Assembly (NCBI GenBank): GCA_038213805.1
Contig: JBBQSO010000120.1
Coordinates: forward strand, 1 to 12,899
DNA: 12,899 nt
Direction: 5' to 3'
Origin: Planctomycetota bacterium
GTDB lineage: Bacteria > Planctomycetota > UBA11346
Below the pieces are notes generated by a model that was given only the letters and a program-made list of their open reading frames with translations, did not search any database and had not been told where the DNA came from. This document shows positions 1-8,562 of this stretch, one piece after another. Both the position numbers and the translations under genes were made by a program. Position 1 is the first letter of the stretch. Each line of letters begins with the position of its first letter.

Positions 1-59
1 GCCATCAGCCATCAGCCATCAGCCATCAGCCATCAGCCATCAGCCATCAGCCATCAGCC
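1..59. repeat. Tandem heptamer (GCCATCA)n, about 8.4 copies, truncated by the window start
   Basis: Perfect repeat read directly. It ends 1 nt before the GGAG (61-64) preceding the ATG at 71. Confidence 0.99.
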
Positions 60-70
60 CGGAGATCCCC

Positions 71-373
71 ATGTTCACCGTCTCCGTCACCATCCGCGTC
101 AAGGCCGCGCACCTCCAGGACTTCATCGCGGCCAGCCGTGACAACCACCTCGGGACGCGGCAGGAGCCCGGCAACCACCGCTTCGACGTCATCCAGGGCA
201 ACGCCGATCCGACGCACTTCGCGCTCTACGAGGTCTACGTCGACCAGGCCGCCTTCGCCGCCCACCAGCAGACCGCCCACTACGCGCGCTGGAAGACTGC
301 GGTCGAACCGTGGATGGCGGTGCCGCGCACGGCCGAAAAGGGCACGTTGCTCTTCCCAGCGCCGTACGCCTGA
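71..373 (+). CDS. lsrG: LsrG-like ABM-superfamily protein (putative phospho-AI-2/P-DPD isomerase)
   Basis: 100 aa. The motifs DF..ASRDNHLG..QEPGN.RFDV.Q, F.LYEVY.D..A..AH..T.HY and M..PR match LsrG as I recall it (NHLG, catalytic Glu, two His). GGAG RBS at 61-64. Confidence 0.8.
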   Translation: MFTVSVTIRVKAAHLQDFIAASRDNHLGTRQEPGNHRFDVIQGNADPTHFALYEVYVDQAAFAAHQQTAHYARWKTAVEPWMAVPRTAEKGTLLFPAPYA

Positions 374-472
374 CGTGCGGCCGCGAGGAAGATCAGCGGG
401 TCAGGGCAGCCCGGCACCTCGCTTGTCTCGGCGGCCCCGGCGGGCACAGTGTCGGTGGAGCATCTCTCTCGC

Positions 473-1780
473 ATGAAAGACCGCCTGCAGCTCACCCAGC
501 TCGCGACCCTCCCGGTGGTCCTGGTGCTCACCGTGCCGCCGGACGAGCGTGAGATGGAGAAGGAGCGCGAGGCCGAGATGCGCAGCCTGCTCGACACCGC
601 CGGCCGCACCGTCGCCGCGGTCTGCGTGCAGCACCTCGCCAAGCCGTCCTCCGGCACCTACATCGGCTCCGGCAAGGTCGTCGAGGTCGCGGCCGAGGTC
701 GCGAGCAGCGGCGCGCGTCAAGTGGTCTTCGACGTCCAGCTCAGCCCGCGCCAGCAGCGCAACCTTGAAGAGGAGATCGGCGCCAAGGTCCTCGACTACG
801 ATGAGCTGATCCTCGACATCTTCGCCCGCTACGCGCGCACCACCCAGGCCATGCTCGCGGTCGAGCTCGCCCAGCTGCAGTACGACAAGGCGCGCCTGCG
901 CCGGCTATGGACCCATCTCGACCGCCAGACCATCGGCGGCTCCTCGGGCACCGGCTCGGGCTTCAAGGCCGGTCCCGGCGAGAAGCAGATCGAGATGGAC
1001 CGCCGCCAGGTGCGCAAGCGTATCCAGGACCTGAAGGGTCGCCTCGAGGAGATCGAACAACGCAAGGACCGCGCGGTGAAGACCCGCAGCGACGCCTTCA
1101 ACATCGCCCTGGTCGGTTACACCAACGCCGGCAAGAGCACGGTGATGAACAGCATGACCAACGCCGGCGTGCTCGCCGAGAACCGCCTGTTCGCGACCCT
1201 CGACACGCGCACCGCGCAGCTCTTTTTCGACCGTTTCCACAACGTCGTGCTCTCCGACACCGTCGGCTTCATCCGCAACCTGCCGCCGACGCTGATCGCC
1301 AGCTTCCACGCCACCCTCGCCGAGGTGCGCGAGGCCGACCTGCTGCTGCACGTGGTCGACGCCAGCAGCGGCGTGATGGAGCAGCAGATCGCCGCCGTCG
1401 AAGAGGTGCTGAAGAACATCGGCATCGAAGGCGTGCCGGTGATCATGGTCTTCAACAAGGTCGACGTGGTCTACAGCAAGACCATCCTGCTCGCCTACCG
1501 CCGGCGCTACAAGCAGGCGATCTCGGTCAGCGCCCTGACCGGCGAGGGCATGGACCAGCTCAAGCTGCTGATCAAGGCGCACATCGACAGCCGCAACCGC
1601 AAGATCACCGTGCGCTTCCCGGTGACCAACGGCGCCCTCGACGCCTTCGTGCGCAGCCGCGCGCAGGTCACGGAAGAAAGCTACGACAACGACGACGCGG
1701 TGCTGACCATCGCCGCGGATGAGCGCCTGTTCGAGGAGTTGCGCGCGAATCCCGACCTGGTGGTCGACGCAGCGACCTGA
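473..1780 (+). CDS. hflX: Ribosome-splitting GTPase HflX
   Basis: N-terminal YIGSGKV, LSPRQQRNLE, LILDIFA, ELAQLQY and GPGEKQIEMDRR. G1 GYTNAGKS, G2 LFATLD, G3 DTVGFI, G4 NKVD, G5 SAL. ATG 473 has GGAG at 457-460; GTG 449 is an alternative start. Confidence 0.97.
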   Translation: MKDRLQLTQLATLPVVLVLTVPPDEREMEKEREAEMRSLLDTAGRTVAAVCVQHLAKPSSGTYIGSGKVVEVAAEVASSGARQVVFDVQLSPRQQRNLEEEIGAKVLDYDELILDIFARYARTTQAMLAVELAQLQYDKARLRRLWTHLDRQTIGGSSGTGSGFKAGPGEKQIEMDRRQVRKRIQDLKGRLEEIEQRKDRAVKTRSDAFNIALVGYTNAGKSTVMNSMTNAGVLAENRLFATLDTRTAQLFFDRFHNVVLSDTVGFIRNLPPTLIASFHATLAEVREADLLLHVVDASSGVMEQQIAAVEEVLKNIGIEGVPVIMVFNKVDVVYSKTILLAYRRRYKQAISVSALTGEGMDQLKLLIKAHIDSRNRKITVRFPVTNGALDAFVRSRAQVTEESYDNDDAVLTIAADERLFEELRANPDLVVDAAT

Positions 1781-2055
1781 GGCGCGAGGCGCAGCGATTT
1801 CAGCGCGTCCGCACGGGTGGGAGTGGTGCGGAAGGGCGGCCCACCGCGCCGCAGCTCGACATGGTTACATGACCGGGATAAACCGGAGTTAATTGATCCA
1901 TCCGCACGACAGACGTGCCCGAACCGCTGCGCACATCCAGGAAGATCCAGCACGGCAGGCGACCTTGCCAGGATTGACCACCCGCAACATGCCTGACAAA
2001 GATGGGAAAGGCCGGCCCCTGAAGGACCGGCGTGCCCTCGGTCCAGGAGCCCTCC

Positions 2056-3573
2056 ATGCCCGGCAACGCCTCCGCCTCGACCACCGTCCGCTATGACGCG
2101 CCCGCCGCCCTCGCCGGCGCGCGTCCCGAGGGCGATCCGCTGTCCGGCGACCATGCGGACGCCGACGCGCGCACGCGCCTGGCGCCCGGGCCACAGGCCG
2201 ACGCGCGGCCGCAGGCCTTCCTCCTCGCCGGCGGCGCCAAGGGTGGCGATGGCACGGTGCAGGATGTGGTCAAGGTCGGGGGCGACGGCACGGTGACCTG
2301 GACTCCGCAGACGCCGAAAGGGCACGGCCTCATCGCCGGCATCGGGATGTTCGACCATGATGGTAAACCGGTGGCGATCGGTCGTCGCGACGCCCAGGGC
2401 TGGATCACCCTGGACAATCGCTATGGCGGCGGCCGGGCCAGCGAGGAAGCGGTGGTCGAAGCCGCGCACCGCAACCACTTCGGCCCGCTCCAGGACAAGG
2501 GCCCCAACGTCCTCGACGCTGAGATCGCCAAGAGCCTCGCGCCGCTGGTATCGCCCAGCGAGGTCGTGCCCGGCAGCCGCACGATTTCCATGTTCGTGGA
2601 CGGCACCGGCAGCTTCGTGAAGGAGCAGTCGAACATCACCAGTCTCTACCACGACACCAAGGGCACGCGCTTCTACTACGGCGGCCTGGGCAACGACGTG
2701 GAATACCCCGACGCCCTCGACCGCAACCTCGCGGGTGCGGTGGCCAAGGGCTTCGATCGCACCATCGATCGCATGTACGCCGACCTCAGCCATACCTGGG
2801 AGCCGGGCACCAAGGTCGACCTCTACGGCTTCAGCCGCGGCGGCGCGCAGGTGGTGGAATTCGCGCGCATGGTGCAGACGAAAGGCATCGAGGTGGGCGG
2901 CGTGCGCTACCAGCCCGAGATCGAGCACGTCGGCCTGTTCGACCCGGTCTACTCCGTCGGCCAGCCGGGCCAGGATTCCAAGGACATCATCGCCACGCTC
3001 GGCAGCCAGAAGGGCAACTACGTGATCGCCGACCTGCCCGCGAACATCAAGCACGCCGACGTGCTCTACGCCCAGCACGAAGAGCGCACCTTCTTCCCCG
3101 CCACGCGCTTCCTGCCCGACAGTCCCGACACCACTCTGCGCACCGCTACCGTCCCCGGCAGCCACAGCGACGACGGCGGCCACCGCGAGAACAATCAGCA
3201 CATCATGAAGCTCGCGCGCAGCTGGATGGAAGACGGCAACGCTGGCGCTGACAGCCCCTTCAAAGGCAGCTACCGGCTGAGCGCCCCGGAGTTCGCCGAG
3301 GCCACCAGCATCCATGCGCTGGGCAAGTTCGCGCCCGGCGCCTACGGCGCCCAGGCCTCCGATGGGTTCAACTTCTCCTCGATGCTGCACGTGACCGACA
3401 GCTTCGGCAATTCCGTGCCCAGCCACCAGTCGCACGACAACCATCAGCCGCGCGACCTATCATGGGCGGGCCCGTCAATCATCCCAGCCGGGCCGCTGCA
3501 CGACGCGCTGGCGCACCGGCGGGATGCACTGCTGAGGCTGGGGGAAAGGCACGAGGAGGGGGAGGGTAAGTGA
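2056..3573 (+). CDS. DUF2235 / Tle1-like alpha/beta hydrolase (putative phospholipase) with an uncharacterised N-terminal region
   Basis: Ordered motifs FVDGTG, SNI..LY, YYGGLG, LYGFSRGG (Ser codon 2833), GLFDPV (Asp 2941), ERTFF and VPGSHSDDGG (His 3163). AGGAG at 2045-2049 precedes ATG 2056. No obvious signal peptide. Confidence 0.85.
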   Translation: MPGNASASTTVRYDAPAALAGARPEGDPLSGDHADADARTRLAPGPQADARPQAFLLAGGAKGGDGTVQDVVKVGGDGTVTWTPQTPKGHGLIAGIGMFDHDGKPVAIGRRDAQGWITLDNRYGGGRASEEAVVEAAHRNHFGPLQDKGPNVLDAEIAKSLAPLVSPSEVVPGSRTISMFVDGTGSFVKEQSNITSLYHDTKGTRFYYGGLGNDVEYPDALDRNLAGAVAKGFDRTIDRMYADLSHTWEPGTKVDLYGFSRGGAQVVEFARMVQTKGIEVGGVRYQPEIEHVGLFDPVYSVGQPGQDSKDIIATLGSQKGNYVIADLPANIKHADVLYAQHEERTFFPATRFLPDSPDTTLRTATVPGSHSDDGGHRENNQHIMKLARSWMEDGNAGADSPFKGSYRLSAPEFAEATSIHALGKFAPGAYGAQASDGFNFSSMLHVTDSFGNSVPSHQSHDNHQPRDLSWAGPSIIPAGPLHDALAHRRDALLRLGERHEEGEGK

Positions 3574-3819
3574 GTGGCAGCGGCGGAAAGCGTACGGATG
3601 GGATGTAGCTCGTCACTGGTCCGGGAAGGTGCTGAAGCGCAGGGCATGTGCATCGCGTGAGGGCGTGATCGCGAGTCAGGGAGAGGATTGCCAAATTGCT
3701 GGGCGGCGTGCGGCGTTATGTCAGCGTCAGCGCATCAGCGCAGCCATGAATGAGCCCGCGGAGCGGGCGGCAGAAATTAGCCCAGGTCGTGAGCCCTGGG
3801 ACCAGATGCACGCTGCTAT

Positions 3820-3910
3820 AATCTCCTACGGTCCGCGATTCCTGCCGGCCAGAATGCCTTGGTTGCAGGCCGGGCCGAGTGCCGGCAGGAATCGCGGACC
3901 GTAGGAGATT
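3820..3910. repeat. Perfect 30-bp inverted repeat with 31-nt loop (hairpin H1)
   Basis: AATCTCCTACGGTCCGCGATTCCTGCCGGC (3820-3849) is the exact reverse complement of 3881-3910. Confidence 0.98.
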
Positions 3911-4123
3911 CCGTTCCGGGGGAATGTCTACGACCCGAGGATTGCGGGCGTCCGGCCGATCGCATTGGAGCCGAAATCCTGCCGGGGGAAATTCTGTCGC
4001 CCGCCTCCGCGGGCTAAAATTCTCGATTTGTGATGGTTCCCAGGGCTCACGCCCTACCCATTACCCACATCTCGAATGTTGGCGAAATTCGCGGAAAAAT
4101 AACCCCGAAATGCACCTGCCCAA

Positions 4124-4429
4124 AGCCTGCGGAGCGGGCGGCATCCACTAGCCCAGGGCGCGAGCCCTGGGAATCCAAACGTATGGAGGGGTCGAGCCCG
4201 CGCAGCGGGCGACATCGTTTTTTCCAGGGCGTAAGCCCAGGGAAATGCCCAGGAATGAATCAATCATGCATGAATCCCGCACGGTTCGCGGTTCCTGCCG
4301 GCTGCATCCTAGCCGTCATCGCAGACCATTGATCGGCAGGAACCGCGAACCGTGCGGGATTGGGGTTCGCTGCCATCTCGTCCCAGGGCTGACGCCCTGG
4401 CCTAGTCGATGTCGCCTGCTCCGCAGGCT
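4124..4429. repeat. Inner REP-like cluster with 49-bp inverted arms (4124-4172 / 4381-4429, 43/49 identical)
   Basis: Layout is A+B, A+B', hairpin H2, then inverted B+A. Arms aligned by eye. Confidence 0.9.
4273..4361. repeat. Perfect 28-bp inverted repeat with 33-nt loop (hairpin H2), homologous to H1
   Basis: AATCCCGCACGGTTCGCGGTTCCTGCCG (4273-4300) is the exact reverse complement of 4334-4361. It differs from the H1 arm at 5 positions. Confidence 0.98.
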
Positions 4430-4602
4430 CAGAAATCGGCAGATTTGCGATTATTATGTGCTGTCGACAGCAGTTGTGGGTAGTGGGTAGGGCTCACGCC
4501 CTGGGCTAATTTCTTTCGTCCGCTCAGCGGGCTCGCGGATTGGGCTGCGCAGAGTGGCTGTCAGGCTCAACGTATCGCTTCCACGCCTGCATGATGCACG
4601 CT

Positions 4603-5010
4603 TCAGCGATACCCATCCATCACCCCCAGCGGATAGCGCACCTCGCCACCCTCGTTCACCCCGCGCTCGGAGATCTCCTTGAGCGCGCGCAGCAGGTGCG
4701 CCTCCGACGAGACGATCAGCAGAGAGCCACCGCCCTGGTGGATGAACACGTAGCCCTCGCGACCAGGATTGGGCCGGAATACGGAAATGTACAGGCAGCA
4801 CACCGGATTCACCGCCGAGACCGTCAGGTCGTCGCCGATCGCACTGCCCGCGGCGCGCAGGAAGGCCATCACCGCGGCCTTGGTCGGCGCGCTCAGCGCG
4901 ATGCTGCTGCACGCGGGACCGGCGAATATCCGCGCCCGCTCAGCGCTGCCCGCGGCATGTGCCGTGGCCAGCGCGAGGATGAAGAGGATGGCCAGTCATA
5001 CGGCCGCCAT
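4603..5010 (-). pseudogene. Small exported protein gene with in-frame TGA at codon 5 (pseudogene, sequencing error or readthrough)
   Basis: GAGGTGGGGG-ATG directly follows the gyrB stop. The frame reads MAAV*LAILFILALATAHA-AGSAERARIF... and runs without further stops into the 4603-4872 ORF. Signal-peptide-like segment with an AHA cleavage site. Confidence 0.65.
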
Positions 5011-5018
5011 CCCCCACC

Positions 5019-7535
<2,517 letters not shown>

Positions 7536-7645
7536 CTACCACCGCGGGGGGGTCTGCAATCGCTGTGTGGTGATCAGGCCGGGCACCAAGACCGCCCGCA
7601 AGAGCGAGCTTGCGGGCCCACGGCTGGGGCCCAGGGTGGGCCGCC

Positions 7646-8557
7646 ATGACCGTGTCGAGCCCGTCGTCCGCCAGCACCGCGCCGGCCTTCCTGGCCAGCG
7701 CCGCGGCGCACGCCGAACGCGCCCTCGAGCAGTGGTTGCCGCCGGCTGAAACCGCGCCGGAACGCCTGCACGCGGCGATGCGTTACAGCGTGTTCGCTGG
7801 GGGCAAACGCCTGCGCCCGGCCCTGGTCCTGGGCGGCGCCCTGGCGGTGGCGGAAAACGCGGGCGCGACCGCGGCCTGCGCCGCCGGCATGGCGGCGGTA
7901 GAGCTGCTGCACACCTACACCCTGGTCCACGACGACCTGCCGGCGATGGACGACGACGACCTGCGCCGTGGCCGCCCGACCTGCCACAAGGCCTTCGACG
8001 AGGCCACTGCCATCCTGGTCGGCGACGCTCTGCAGACCCTCGCCTTCGAAGCGGTCGCCGAACTTGGGGCCGAGGCCGTGCGCGTGCTCGCGCGCGCCGC
8101 TGGCAGTCGCGGTGTGGTCGGCGGACAGCAGGACGACCTCGACGCCGAAGGTGCGCCGGTCGACGCCTCGCCCGCCTGCCGCGCGCGGCTTGAGCGCATC
8201 CACCGCGGCAAGACCGCGGCGCTGATCCGCGCGTCGTGCGAACTCGGTGCGCTCGCCGCCGGAGCACCGCCCGCCGAGCGCGCTGCGCTTGCCGCCTACG
8301 GCGAGGCGGTCGGCCTGGCCTTCCAGATCGCCGACGACGTGCTCGACGCCACCGCGACCTCGGCCCAGCTCGGCAAGACTGCGGGCAAGGACGCTGCGCA
8401 GGGCAAGCTCACCTACGTCGCGGTCTACGGGCTGGACGCCGCGCGTGCCGAGGCCGCGCGTCTGGAACGCGAGGCGGTCGCCGCGCTCGTCCCCTTTGGT
8501 GCCCGGGCGCGCACGCTGATCGATCTGGCGCGCTTCGTCGTCCAGCGGCAGAGCTGA
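7646..8557 (+). CDS. ispA: Short-chain polyprenyl (farnesyl/geranylgeranyl) diphosphate synthase
   Basis: AMRYS..GGKRLRP, FARM HTYTLVHDDLPAMDDDDLRRGRPTCH, AILVGDAL, GGQ..D, KTAALI, SARM FQIADDVLD and LGKTAGKD...KLTY. Confidence 0.93.
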   Translation: MTVSSPSSASTAPAFLASAAAHAERALEQWLPPAETAPERLHAAMRYSVFAGGKRLRPALVLGGALAVAENAGATAACAAGMAAVELLHTYTLVHDDLPAMDDDDLRRGRPTCHKAFDEATAILVGDALQTLAFEAVAELGAEAVRVLARAAGSRGVVGGQQDDLDAEGAPVDASPACRARLERIHRGKTAALIRASCELGALAAGAPPAERAALAAYGEAVGLAFQIADDVLDATATSAQLGKTAGKDAAQGKLTYVAVYGLDAARAEAARLEREAVAALVPFGARARTLIDLARFVVQRQS

Positions 8558-8562
8558 CGGTC

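Larger units (their letters stand above)
4051..4493. mobile_element. Putative non-autonomous (MITE-like) insertion into a motif-B hairpin
   Basis: Terminal IR GCCCTACCCATTACCCACA (4051-4069) / TGTGGGTAGTGGGTAGGGC (4475-4493), 18/19. Direct repeat AGGGCTCACGCCCT at 4042-4055 and 4489-4502. Excision restores CCCAGGGCTCACGCCCTGGG. No transposase ORF. Exact ends are ambiguous by up to 5 bp. Confidence 0.7.
3752..4534. repeat. REP/REPIN-like palindromic cluster bounded by 46-bp inverted arms (3752-3797 / 4489-4534, 41/46 identical)
   Basis: Motif A (AGCCYGCGGAGCGGGCGRCA) at 3753+, 3995-4015-, 4124+, 4195+, 4410-4429- and 4514-4533-. Motif B (CCCAGGGC-N4-GCCCTGGG) at 3781, 4039 (split), 4152, 4224 (degenerate), 4382 and 4489 (split). 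Confidence 0.9.

Noticed and set aside
374..472. Attenuator or leader peptide controlling hflX, as for hflXr
   Set aside because: I saw no short leader ORF with an RBS and no terminator/antiterminator pair.
1781..2055. Riboswitch, sRNA or defined promoter upstream of the DUF2235 gene
   Set aside because: There is only an AT-richer patch (~1861-1900), with no consensus I can support.
1681..3444. 587-aa antisense ORF, and likewise 905-1582, 5218-7314, 5283-7142, 8656-9579 and 9837-11408
   Set aside because: These are shadow ORFs overlapping well-supported genes, expected from high-GC codon bias, with no recognisable motifs.
3820..4361. Integron attC sites or rho-independent terminators
   Set aside because: There are no RYYYAAC/GTTRRRY ends or extrahelical bases, no cassette ORFs and no U-tracts after the stems.
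3629..4490. Short ORFs across the repeat region as a transposase or peptides
   Set aside because: There are no HUH/Y1 or DDE motifs. The recurring peptides (PAERAA, SPGREPW) are just translations of motifs A and B.
3752..4534. CRISPR array (repeats with ~32-nt unique segments)
   Set aside because: The repeats flanking the unique segments are inverted rather than direct, spacing is irregular, and there are no cas genes.
4996..4998. Selenocysteine or genome-wide TGA recoding
   Set aside because: The codon lies in a signal-peptide n-region rather than a redox motif, no convincing SECIS was seen, and TGA terminates hflX, gyrB, ispA and others at their expected ends.
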